A stretch of DNA of 64,000 nt from Amphiscolops sp. MND2022 (Eukaryota): contig OZ076409.1 in NCBI GenBank assembly GCA_964187785.1, positions 6,326,001-6,390,000 on the forward strand, in the 5' to 3' direction. This document shows, one piece after another, positions 38,497 through 50,162 of the stretch. The notes under the pieces are model-generated. The model was not told the origin of the DNA. It saw only the letters and a list, made by a program, of their open reading frames with translations, and did not search any database. The first letter of the stretch is position 1; each line of letters starts with the position of its first letter. The translations under genes and the position numbers were made by a program.

Positions 38497-39651
38497 TAAC
38501 CCTCCGTATCTGTTCGGTTGTTTACTTTCGCGGTTGGACCGTCTTTTTTTGTTTTCGGTAGTTTTATCTTTTGTTTGATTCTCACCGGGATTTATCTCAC
38601 CGTCCGTATGGAGGTTTAGTTCGTCTTCTGGGGATGTTGTGACGGGTTTGTATCTACCGTCCTTTTCTGAAGTGTCGTGGTTTTCAAAGTCACTTTCTTC
38701 ATCCTCTATTTCGCCCTCCTCACTTTCAGATTCGGATTCGTTCCGCTGATTTTGTACGATTTTTAGTTTTCCGTTTAATACATCTCTCAGTATCTCGTTC
38801 CACTGGATGTATTTTCCGTCAACTCCCCTCAGACAGTGTCGGTTTTTCGGAGTGATGGTGTCTCCGATCTTCGGTGCTGTTCTCTTATCTCTGTGAAATA
38901 TAATTGCTTCCGAAATAAATTTTCGGTGGATTACTTTTCCGGTATCGGTGGTTACGGTGTGTTCCGTACCGCTTACTGCCGTTTGTAATTTTCTTTGAAA
39001 TCTACCTTCAAGTGATTTCCTATTATGGTTTTTTTCGAAGAATTGAAAAGGGTATTTACCAACCGAATTTTTCTTCTTTGGCGATTTTTCGGTCATTGCT
39101 TTTTCTTCCGTTTTTGTTCGGGCCATGATCAGATGATTTGATACCTCTCCCTCACCATTTCGGTTACGTAGATTGGTATCTTTGGTCGGTTGTTTGCTGA
39201 AACAGTTAATTCCGACCATTTAGAAAGGAAAGTTTTTCCGTCTTTTATTATATTTGTTAGTTCGGTTCGTGTCTTCCGACCGTGATGTAATTCAAATGGT
39301 GTTCTTTTTAATCCCGTATCTATCACACTCCTTGACTAAAATACGGTTGGAGACTATTTTACACTGAAAACATACTACACTTGATGATAAAAATTCACTT
39401 ATGCGGCTCATGTATCGTAATGATTGTAAATCGCATTACGTTTAATGCTTTATTTACATATTCGGTTAGGCACGTTTCGTCCTCCAAGTTCGCGATTATA
39501 AGATTTTTCAATGTTTGGATCGCGCGTTCTACCGCTCCCGTACCGGTGTGTAGCCTCGGCGTGCTGTATCCAATTTCAATATTTTTCGATTTGCAAAATT
39601 CCTTGTATTCTTTTGAAACGAACGCTCCACCTTTGTCCGTTTTTATTTTCT
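38497..39651 (-). pseudogene. Gypsy-B integrase 3' part
   Basis: EKIKTDKGGAF..TGAVERAIQTLK resumes after the BEL TSD. Cut by Gypsy-C at NRYGGLP; the last codons (YTKHFWV*) are at 21792-21817. Confidence 0.88.
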
Positions 39652-40714
39652 CCAGTTGTTGGCGCCAGTCATCCGAAGGCAAAGAAACGCGATTCAGAAC
39701 ATGCTGAGTGAGAAACAAGACTTAAACTCTTAAAAACTTACATGGAAATTTGAAGAAATTCCAATCATCACAAAATCGGCGAAACCCCCCCCCCCCCGTC
39801 GAAGTTTTCTCGACGACTATAAGTCATTGAGCCACGAAACTTGGCACACATATGCAGGTACGTAACACAAACACACCGGCTAAATTTCAAGGTCATCCAC
39901 CTATAATAACCCCCTTTACCCCTCACATGTGTAGTATTCAAGGTGATTGAGACAAAAATGTAAACATTGCTAATTACCCCTATGACCACATCAGATTGTC
40001 ACTCTGTTGCAATTGATGATATTTACATTGTGTAAACATGCTTTAGAGCCCACCTAACCAACATGCTATACCCACAGTATGGTTTGTTTACATAGCCTAT
40101 AACTTTAATAATTCACTTGAATGTCGTTTATTTATACCACATATTTTAACTTATATTCGCTCTAAATTTACTGTAGAATTGTAAACGATATGTATACCAT
40201 TATTAGATAGAGATTTTCTCCACTGAATAGCTATGGTCAAGTTGGGTCTCAGGACCAAGAGACTAATTAATCAACTTCTCATTCTTGACAACTTTTCGCT
40301 AGAGTCAGAGCGACTAAGTAGCTACTCTCATAGTTGGAGAGCCGGAGCGCGTGAAGATACAGTGAGGGAAGTGTGTTCAGGATCACATCGGATCCAATTC
40401 AGTGCAAAGCGGAATCGCAGGAGATTCCACAGGTCACATCGGACCCGTGGTGTCAAAAGATACAGTCCTTTAAACAAGAAAACCAGGAATTGTTTAGTGA
40501 CGGTCCACAGCACTAAGCAACGGATCAGGGCGGCGTAAAGTTTGTCAAGCCTCAGCGCAGAATAAGGGCAAGCAGCCGTTACATTTGGTCCGCTGACCCG
40601 GACAATTCGTTGGTCCGCCCACCCGGACGACTCGTTGGTGGACGATCCGGACTAGAAGAAGACGACTCGTTGGTGGACAACTGAGAAGATTGCCCAAGAA
40701 GAACAAGTGTCTGG

Positions 40715-40875
40715 ATCTTGGAGTCTCTGAGTTTGTGTCTCTGGGAGATTGGGCTACAGTGTCTCTGGGAGATTGGGCTACTGTGTCTCTGGGAGATTGG
40801 GCTATTGTGACTCTGGGTGTTTGGACTATAGTGACTCTGGAGTTGGGAATAATGTGTTCTCTGGGAGTTGGGCTT
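40715..40875. repeat. 24-bp minisatellite in the BEL 5' UTR
   Basis: GTGTCTCTGGGAGATTGGGCTAC(A/T) and variants, ~6 copies. Confidence 0.8.
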
Positions 40876-41413
40876 TAGCGGCACTCTGGAGGTATTTGTG
40901 CATCAATTCTAGTTTTGAGACGAATTGTATTCTTTGGGAACGTATTCCTGATTGAAGCAAAGATCTGGTCTAAGACGTCATTGCAAAAAAATCCACCAAG
41001 TAAAGCCAAGGGATCAAGTCAGAGGGACAAGATCCACCGAAACAATCAAGTTCGTCAAACAAGGCAAGTATAATCGACAGTATTGGGTTGATTCTTCAAG
41101 AATTGGCGATTGATTACCGGATTGAGCAGTTGACACTTTGTATCTGAGAAATTGCAGAATTCGGAAAAGTGACAAAGCCTACAAGAAACAATTGCGAAGT
41201 TCGAAAGCCCTCAGTGGAACAAAAGAGTCATATGAACAAATGAAAGCCAAAAAGAAAGAAAGGCAAGTGATGCAGCACCCTCGAATGACAAATGTGTTTG
41301 AAGGAAGAAACACAAAGCAGAGCCAACAACTGATGGAAATCAGACCAAAAGATTTGGAAAATGTGTCAGATTGGTAGCCATGGAGCCTCTATTGGAATAC
41401 TGTACCCCTACAT

Positions 41414-43384
41414 GTGGAAAAGCTCCATACGTTAGTAAAAGACTTGGATGACAAGCTCGATGAGGAAAGAGCTGTTGTATCCAAAAGAAACTTGATTGAT
41501 TGGGTAATTGAATACCGCGAGAGAAGACAGGCGTTGCTGTTCTGTGTAGACTTTATGTTGAGTCTTACAAATGAAGAAACGCAAAGACAGCTCAGTCGAA
41601 GTGTGACTGAATGGGACGAATGCTTTGCGAAACTGGAATCGAGTTGGGGATATTGGTTCCCCGATGTGCAGCAAATGTTGAAGTGTCCAATTGATGGGAA
41701 AAAAGAGTTGAAACTGAGTCAGATGACAAATGGAACATCTGCCGACGCAGCTATGAGATGCCCTCGCACAAGAAAGTTGAGGCAAAGACGTGTCCAACAG
41801 GCAAAACATAATTGTGTAAAGAAAACAGCTAATGAAAAGGAATCACTGAAACGGTCAAGAAGGACCAATGACCAAGCAAGTTGCTGTGTTATGAGAGACA
41901 GCATATCAGAATGGGAAAACTCAATCAACGTTGTGACATCACTACTCGAAGAAAACAGTAAGGTGTCTGACGTAACAATCCAGATGGACAACAGAACAAC
42001 AGTTAACACGAAGCGGTCTAATGGAGATCGACTGGTTCCTCTAGCATTAGAGAAAGCGGAAGACCAGAAATCGGGTGAAGTCCAAGGCCAAAGAAGCGAG
42101 ACTGGACAATTGGAAATAGAGGAACTGGGCAAACATCCACAACTGGTTGAAACCAGAAGCAACAGAAGCTCAGTGATTTCGAAAAGTTCAAGTGCCAGAC
42201 GAGTTCTTTATTTGAAAGTAAAAGCTCAGAAAGAGCAAGAAGAACTGCAAATCCGACTCGAGAAACTAAAGCGTGAAGCAATACAAATGGAAATAGCTGA
42301 CTTGCATGAACAGCTTGCCCGCAAAGCCAGAATAGCTGAAAAGGAAAGAGAAATAGCGGAAGTGTCGAGCAGTCAGGGGACTAGCTTCCCAAGTGTCTCA
42401 TCAGTCGACAGATTCACGGAGGACTCAAGATCCATGGTTGAGACAGAAACAGTCGAAGACGGGGCTAAGTCCAATTTTGCACTATCAGTTCATTCGAAAT
42501 CAGAGAATGCAGTGAAATTAGTTCACGAAGGAAAATTCTCCGCGCTTAGGAGAGACTCAAAACCTCCCACAGAAGCCGATGAGCAAGCTGATCGGAACGA
42601 CAGAACCAGAACCAATGCTGATAACGGAACATGCAGACAAGGAGCAACAACACAACCAGACGTGAAAGTTGCAAACAAAGGAACCTCGAAGTTCCTCACA
42701 GCGGAATGCATACAGAACTGGTCAAAAACATTCATTGTAGACAACAGTCGGCAAGACGTCCGTTCAGAAACCCTCCTCATGGATACGAAACAGGTTTTGG
42801 AAGAAAAGGATCACATGTTCATGAGTCAGCAATCAATAGTGCAAACAGAGGAGATCTTGAAGTTCACATTGACGGAAACAAGGAAGGAGCATAGATTCTT
42901 ATCATTCGCATCTAGCAAGCAAACTTTGGGAGAATCGAGTGTCCAACTTGAACTGCTGCAAGACAGTGAAGAAAATACCGCCGTACAACAGGACATACAA
43001 CAAGGGAAAATATTCGAAGTGACGATGTTTCATGACAGTACTCTACTTCTTGAAGAAGGAAACAATTGTTTTGAATTCGACAAAAGTTATGTCTTTGTGC
43101 ATGAGCAACAGTTTGCACTGCTTAATGATTGTAATGAAGAAGCAATGTATCGAAAGCTATGCCATGTTGCAGCGAAACATGACAAACCCGTTGAATGCAA
43201 TGCCAAAGGTGAAACAGGTACCATGATTGCAACCTTTGGAAAGAAATTTGATTTTGACTTCAAAGTAAGCCTTGTAGAAGAAACTATCCGAGTAATAACG
43301 ATATGTGGAACCCTCGGATTGGAAATGGAAACTCTGGGATGGACGCCGTGGCACAAGCTAATGGCATGGATAAAATTCAATTGA
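41414..43384 (+). CDS. BEL/Pao gag-like ORF, 656 aa
   Basis: Long open frame. Ser-rich then coiled-coil segment (RSNRSSVISKSSSARR..EQEELQIRLEKLKRE) typical of BEL gag. No RT motif. Confidence 0.6.
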   Translation: MEKLHTLVKDLDDKLDEERAVVSKRNLIDWVIEYRERRQALLFCVDFMLSLTNEETQRQLSRSVTEWDECFAKLESSWGYWFPDVQQMLKCPIDGKKELKLSQMTNGTSADAAMRCPRTRKLRQRRVQQAKHNCVKKTANEKESLKRSRRTNDQASCCVMRDSISEWENSINVVTSLLEENSKVSDVTIQMDNRTTVNTKRSNGDRLVPLALEKAEDQKSGEVQGQRSETGQLEIEELGKHPQLVETRSNRSSVISKSSSARRVLYLKVKAQKEQEELQIRLEKLKREAIQMEIADLHEQLARKARIAEKEREIAEVSSSQGTSFPSVSSVDRFTEDSRSMVETETVEDGAKSNFALSVHSKSENAVKLVHEGKFSALRRDSKPPTEADEQADRNDRTRTNADNGTCRQGATTQPDVKVANKGTSKFLTAECIQNWSKTFIVDNSRQDVRSETLLMDTKQVLEEKDHMFMSQQSIVQTEEILKFTLTETRKEHRFLSFASSKQTLGESSVQLELLQDSEENTAVQQDIQQGKIFEVTMFHDSTLLLEEGNNCFEFDKSYVFVHEQQFALLNDCNEEAMYRKLCHVAAKHDKPVECNAKGETGTMIATFGKKFDFDFKVSLVEETIRVITICGTLGLEMETLGWTPWHKLMAWIKFN

Positions 43385-43947
43385 GCAAAGGCCACCGCAA
43401 GCGACCGAAGAAACAAGCTTGGAAGTTTGAACATAGCTCAAACCGATTACATGAAATGGTCGAAAGTGTTCAATTGACAACTGGCATCCTATATGCAAGG
43501 ATTGTGATAGATGAATTTCCAGACGAAATATCGCTAATGAAAACGCCATTAGGTTCTTCAAAAGCACGAACAACAACAAGTTCGGAAAATGGGCCTTGCA
43601 TAGGGCCGGCTGCAACATTGGAAGAAAAGATGATGCAACTTGAACCTTTGGGAAAATGGAACAAAGAAGACGTTCGACAACTGGGAGTCAATGATTTGGT
43701 TTGGGTAGTGGACGAGATGATAAAAAGAGCACACTACAAGATGGGTAGAGTGTTAGAAGTCTTTCATGGAAGCGATGGGCGAGTGAGATCAGCGCTGGTG
43801 AAAACGGAAGATGGAAAACTCAAAAGAACAGTAGTGAAACTGGCACCCATGTTCTACGAAAGTGTTTTTCGGGAGAAAAACAGGGCCGGCAATGTTGGCG
43901 CCAGTCATCAAAAGGCAAAGAAACGCGATTCAGAACATGTTGAGTGA
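43303..43947 (+). pseudogene. BEL/Pao integrase C-terminal remnant (DUF5641-like)
   Basis: KW..LGVNDLVWV..YKMGRVLEVFHGSDGRVRSALVKT..RTVVKLAP. Confidence 0.8.
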
Positions 43948-44817
43948 GAAACAAGACTTAAACTCTCAAAACCTTACATGGAAATTTGAAGAAATTCCAA
44001 TCATCACAAAATCGGTGAACCCCCCCAGTCTAAGTTTTCTCCACGACTATAAGTCATAGAGCCACGAAACTTGGCACACATATGCAGGTACATAACACAA
44101 ACACACCGGCTAAGTTTCAAGGTCATCCACCTATTATAACCCCCTTAGCCTTCACATGTGTAGTATTCAAGGTCATTGAGACAAAAAAGTAAACATTGCT
44201 ATTTACCCCTATGACCACATTAGATTGTGACTCTGTTGCAATTGATGATATTTACATTGTGTAAACATGCTTCAGAGCCCACCTAACCAACATGCTATAC
44301 CCACAGTATGGTTTATTTACATAGCCTATAACGTTAATAATTCACTTGAATGTCGTTTATTTATACCACATATTTTAACTTATATTCGCTCTATATTTAC
44401 TGTAGAATTGTAAACGATATGTATACCATTATTAGATAGAGATTTTCTCCACTGAATAGCTATGGTCAAGTTGGGTCTCAGGACCAAGAGACTAATTAAT
44501 CAACTTCTCATTCTTCACAAATTTTCGCTAGAGTCAGAGCGACTAAGTAGCTACTCTCATAGTTGGAGAGCCGGAGCGCGTGAAGATACAGTGAGGGAAG
44601 TGTGTTCAGGATCACATCGGATCCAATTCAGTGCAAAGCGGAATCGCAGGAGATTCCACGGGTCACATCGGACCCGTGGTGTCAAAAGATACAGTCCTTT
44701 AAACAAGAAAACCAGGAATTGTTTAGTGACGGTCCACAGCACTAAGCAACGGATCAGGGCGGCGTAAAGTTTTTCAAGCCTCATCGCAGGATAAAGGCAA
44801 GCAGCCGTTACACCAGT

Positions 44818-47800
44818 AGTCCGTACAAATTAAAGTTTTGATTCAGAAACATTATTACCTCTTTGGTTTCTGAGGATTTGCAGATTTTCGCCGTCGGCCA
44901 TTTACTGAATCTGTCTATTGCGATTAGAATTTGGTGGTCGCCGTTGAGTTTTTTGTTATTTAATTTTCCGGAAAAATCAATTTGAATTTCTTGTCCCGGT
45001 TCCGTTAGTGTTTTTAGTTTCCCGAATTCGTGTTTCGGTAATTGATATTTTAAATTCTTACCCGATGACATGCAGGCCACACAGTTTTTTGTTTTGTCTT
45101 GTATTTCCTTCTGCATATTTGGCCACCAAAAAATTTTGGCTTCGGCTGTCATTCTGGTAGCTCCGGCATGCCCGAAATGTAAGGTGTCTAACAGCTTCTT
45201 CCTCAGTTCTGTAGGTACAACGATTCGGTCATCGTTGATTGTCAATCCCCATTTATTGTTTAGCTTGTCGAAACTTGTTCGGTAATGTTCCAGGGCCGTG
45301 TCCTTATCATCTCGTCTCATTGCGTCGCGCACTCGATTTAGTTCGGCGTCCGTTGATGATTTTGCAATCAACGTCTTCAGGTCGTGCATGAAGTTGAATT
45401 CGGCCTTTTTAATCGTTTCTTCGGTGTTCTTTTGGTTTCCGGTTACTTTTTCAATGACTTGGGTAATTTGAATGAACTGGGACTCTTTCCCTTCGGTTTT
45501 GTAAGCCTTTAGGTCTACGATGGGAAAGTTGTCACCACGGATTATTTGGCTTTCGCCTTCACTTTCTTGTTCGGTTTCTTCGGCCATCTCCGCTTGTGGC
45601 GCTTCTTGTTCTTCTCTCCTTTTCTCTAGGGGTTGGTAGCCACCGCCGAATCTATTTGCTCTTGTCAGCAGTTCGCCGTCTATCTCGGCGATTTCTTGGC
45701 GGCTTCTTTTATTCGGTCTTGAAGGGACCCAGATCTGTCTTTGCGCGTTCAAATCAAATTTTCGGCGCATTGTTCCGGGTCGGGAGATCTCCAACCGTCT
45801 TTCCACGAGTCTAAGGGTTTCCGGGCTTTATCTTTGTCTTCGGATTATTTCCATAATTTCGGTCGTCGCGCCCCAATGGAAGTAATCTCTGTCCTTTTTG
45901 CTCTTAAATAGAGATAAATTATTTAACAATTTTGAATTTTGATTTGAATTGGAATTTAGATTTCGGATTGAACTTTCCGTTTTAACTTTTCGTTGGCGTT
46001 TGTTTGGTGCGTTGTTCGTTTGTTTGTTAATTTTGTTCACGTCTCGGTTGTTCTCGAGTATTCTATTTTGATGTGATTGGTTATTTGAATCCTCGTCGGT
46101 TGTTTTATTTCTTTCCGGTGCGATTTGTGATTGGTCGGCGAACAACGTACCGTATTTTGCGTTTAATTCGGCTTGTTCGGAGAGAATATTGATGACGTAT
46201 TGCTCATCGTATACCTCTTCGTTTGATGCGTTCTCTACCGGATATCTACTCAAGAAGTCGGTAAATTTCAGATTACTTCCTGCAATGTGTTGAATAGCAA
46301 TGTCAAAGTGCGCAAGCCGGTCTAACCATCTAGTTAGTCTTGCGCTGTATTGTCTGTTGCATCGGTTTCTTTTAATCAAACGCTCAAGTGCTTGGTGGTC
46401 TGTATATAAAAAGACTTTCTTTCCGTATAAGTAAAATCGGAACTTTTCTAATCCCCAAACAACTGCGAGTAATTCTAACTCTCCGATTGAGTAGTTTTTT
46501 TGCTGTCATTCAAGTATCTGCTGCCGAATGCTATCGGTATTATTTCTCCGTCCGATTGTTTTTGCCATAGAGTTATGCCAAGTCCGGTTTTACTTGCATC
46601 GGTTGTAACAATATTCTCTCGGTCTTTTGCGTAGTGTGCCAGGCAAGGTTCTTCGGTTAACATTTCTTTTTTGTTTTTGAAATCTTCCTCTTGTTGTTTC
46701 CCCCAATTCCATACCGAGTCCTTTTTTAGGAGTTTTCGTAGTCTGTCGGTTTTTTCCGATAACCTCGGTAGGAATTTTGCCAGGTATTGTATCGCACCGA
46801 GGAATGATTTTGGTTGTTTTTGGTTTTCCGGGTGTTCCAATTCTAGGATCGCTTTTACTTTTTCATTGTTCGGTTTTATTCCCGTTTCGTCAATTTCGTG
46901 TCCCAACCATTTTGTACTGTTTACTGAATTCGGATTTTCGTTCACTCGCTCGGTAGCCTGCATCTTCCAGTTTCTTTATGACGTCAAACAATTTCTTCTC
47001 GTGTTCTTTCCTGTCACCTCGGGTCACCACTTTTATGTCATCTAGCCATGCCGGTGTGGAGTATTCTAAAGTTCGGTCAATTTGCTCTTGAAATATCGTT
47101 GGTATATCTGCTAGACCGTAAAATCTTTTCTTGAATCGGTAGTATCCGCTAAATTTTCCTCCGGTTATTGCGAATACACATTGTCGGCTTGTTTCTTTTG
47201 ATAACTTCATTTGGCCATATGCATAATCAAGGTCGATCTTTGACATCATTAGTTCTTTTGTTCGGTCTTTAGTAATCTCTACCGAAATTTGATTTAACAG
47301 TTCTTCCATGTTCGGCATGTGGGGTCGGATATTTATACAACTATCATTTAATTTTCTTGAGTCCAATGCAATTTTTACTGATTTACCGTTCTTTACCGTA
47401 ATTACTACCGGTGAAACAAAACAATCTTCATCCACATGTTTTACTTTTTCGAGATGTCCGGTTTTTATTAGTCTTTCCAGTTCTTTTCCGACGTCTTCTT
47501 GTAGATGTAGTGGGATCGGTCTCGCTTTCTGTTTCACCGGATAGTGTCCCGGTTTTAGTTGAATGTTTATCACGGTATCTTTTATTGTGGTGTTGTTTTT
47601 AAATAGGTCAGGAAATTTCTCAAATACTCTTTTTTTTCTGATTGATTGTTTTCTTCTGTTCGGATGTTACCGATTGTTAGTTTGAACTTTTTCATCCAAT
47701 CCATTCCGAGTAGTGGTGTAATGTCGTTTCTTTCGGTTATCAATATTTGCATTTTCTGTTTGTTATTCTCATATTCAACGTCCGCAGGTATTTTCCCCCG

Positions 47801-48915
47801 AATTTCACTTCGTTTTTGGTCACGTCTTGATACCGGTGTTTAATTTTCTGTATCTCGGTTTGTTTCATTATGTTTTCATCTGCGGGCATTATTGAAATCG
47901 GTGATCCGGTATCCACTATGAATTCTTTTTCAATTCCGTTAACTTTCTTTGTTGTTGTCAAGTATTTATTTCTGTCGGTAATTATGTGATTCTTTTAATT
48001 CTGTTTATGCTTGTTTCTGATTCGTCAGATTCTCCTCCAATTACTTCGGATTCATCGTCGGTCACGTTGCGTACTTTGCGTTTGTAATTCTTTCTTTGTT
48101 TGCATACGCGTGCGAAGTGTCCTTTCCTTCCGCAATTATTGCAGAGTTTCCCTAATGCCGGGCATTTGTGGGTTGGATTCCAGTTCGGTGCGTTGCAAAA
48201 TCTGCAAGGTTTTTCGTTTGTAAATTTGTTTTTTGGTCTTGTGTCCGATCTTTCCATTCTTTGTATTGGTTCTTCTTTTATTTCTTTTTCTCGGTTTGAT
48301 ATCACGGCTTCCGGTATAGTGTTTTTCCGATTTTTTCTTTCGTACGTGTTTTGTTTGATCATTTCGATTGTTTTCTTCAGTTCAAGTTTCTTCTCTTTCT
48401 TTAATTTATCTCGGAGTTTCGTATCCGTAATTGCGGTCATAAATTTTGAAATGAGTAAATCTTCGGCTGTTATTCCTTCGAATGTACATTCTTTCTCTAT
48501 CTCTATCAGTCTCCGCCAGAAATCCTCCGGTGTTTCGGATTCGGTCTGTTTCGACCAGAAGAATTCTCCGCGGTTATGGTAGGTGTTCCGCTTCGGTAAG
48601 AAATATTCATTGAACAGTCAGATTAGGTCTTTTACCGCTATTTTGTCTGGTTTGGTTTTATACTCCGCTCGTGTCATTTGATATAAAGCTTCGGGGCCGA
48701 TTCCCCATATAAAATTTTTTGGATTTCGGTTTCTTTTCCGGACCAACCGGTTTGTGTCATCTCAGCTCCCCGTATCAATTCGGTGATGTCTATTTTGTGT
48801 TTCCTCTTTGCATATTACCGAAATATTTCGAGCCATTGTTTCGGTGTGAATATCTTCTTTCCGTCTGATGTGGCTTCGAAATTCGGTACTTCAATCTTGC
48901 TTTCTTCCATCATTT
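44818..48915 (-). pseudogene. Gypsy-B gag-pol, 5' part (gag knuckle, PR, RT, RNase H, IN N-terminus)
   Basis: CNNCGRKGHFARVC, VDTGS, WLDD, TDASK, H..H..C..C, IDFSG. Several frameshifts. Cut by the BEL insertion at NLYGL. Confidence 0.92.
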
Positions 48916-49840
48916 CTTTGTTTTGTTGAAATATTCTTGGGTAATTTCAATTTGCTGACTGCGCCATGTTCTATTTCTTGGTATGATAAGAAAACAATAG
49001 AGTTTATTTAAAAGCTTCTTTTCTGAACATAAATACTGTCAATTGTACGATCTATTCTCTAACTACGTATCGTATCCAAATGATGCGAGCTCAGTACAAA
49101 GTATGATGTTTACAAATATATAAACATATGTATAAATAGGTGTCTATGAGAATGATCTAAAGTTTGGTGATTGACAGTGTCAACCGAAAGGATCGGTTCG
49201 GTATATGTACCGTATTACATGCGCTTTTACTCGATTTTCACAAAGCTGAAAAATATTTTTGGTAGTTGGTTTGGACCAAAAGTGGAAAGAATTTGTTTGG
49301 TAGGTTAAACTGACACTGTGGACCGACTCTTACAGTGACTAGTTTTTCGGATTACCGTAAAGCGTCCGTTTTTTAAAAATTTACCATTACAAGTGGATGA
49401 TTTTAAACTGATGAAACAAAAAGATTCATCTAACCACCACCTTACTGAAATTTTCATTTTTTAGAGCTATACCTGATCGTTATTGATTCAAGGTTATCCA
49501 ACAGATGCGATGACTGTACTTTTATCAACTTTCATTTATAATTGTCTTGTTTCTTCGTAAAAAAATGATTTTTTCATCTTCCAAGTTTGTTAGTGCAATT
49601 TTGTGCACAGTGTTATAGTGATATGTTATTTGCATAGAAAAATTGTGAATTGCCAGAACATTTTGGGCTTCATTGGAAGATTTTCAACTCTTAAAGAAAG
49701 GATCGATGAAAATAGAAAAACCTTTAGTTTTTGTTCAAGTACAAACTTAGTTGAAACATTCCAGTTCAAATTTAGTTCTAGTTTCCCAAGTTTATTTCTT
49801 ATAAGCAATCATAGTGCTTTAAGAATGCTGTTTTTTCAAG

Positions 49841-49934
49841 GACGAATTTCTGAGGAGCTTAGCCGAAATTGAGGGTCTGAAAATGAAGATTTCGAATCTG
49901 TCGAAAGAGTTGAAGGCTATCAAAGAGAATCAGC

Positions 49935-50022
<88 letters not shown>

Positions 50023-50162
50023 GAATAGTAATAATAACACTAGCAGCAGTGATCCGTCCAATCACACGCAGTGTGAGGAGAATCTCAACAGAGTAAGAAG
50101 GGCGTTGGAATCGAGAGAGATCGCTGTTTTAGAGAGAGATTTCCTCTGTTACGAGTACCAAG
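49841..50162 (+). CDS. Candidate host-gene exon C (coiled-coil plus polyQ)
   Basis: TTTTTTCAAG acceptor (phase 0), DEFLRSLAEIEGLKMKISNLSKELKAIKEN-polyQ..YEYQ, donor G|GTTTGT (phase 1). Confidence 0.6.
49931..50023 (+). repeat. (CAA)n microsatellite, 31 Gln codons
   Basis: CAG, pure CAA run, CAG. Confidence 0.97.

Larger units (their letters stand above)
39657..44812 (+). mobile_element. Non-autonomous BEL/Pao LTR retrotransposon
   Basis: LTRs 39657-40583 and 43893-44812 (TGTT..TACA). TSD CCAGT. PBS TGGTCCGCTGACCCGGA (tRNA-Tyr-like, typical of BEL/Pao). Purine-rich tract before the 3' LTR. Confidence 0.92.
21381..49219 (-). mobile_element. Gypsy-B LTR retrotransposon (~6.0 kb net) hosting two nested LTR elements
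   Basis: 253-bp TG..CA LTRs at 21381-21633 and 48967-49219 (2 differences seen). TSD TGCGC. PBS TGGCGCAGTC (tRNA-Ser-like). PPT AGAAGGGAGGAAA at 21634-21646. Confidence 0.95.

Noticed and set aside
40233..40538. 101-aa ORF (repeated at 44462-44767)
   Set aside because: Duplicated only because it lies in the BEL LTRs; no recognisable motif.
49859..50065. Poly-Leu membrane protein
   Set aside because: Antisense reading of the CAA repeat.
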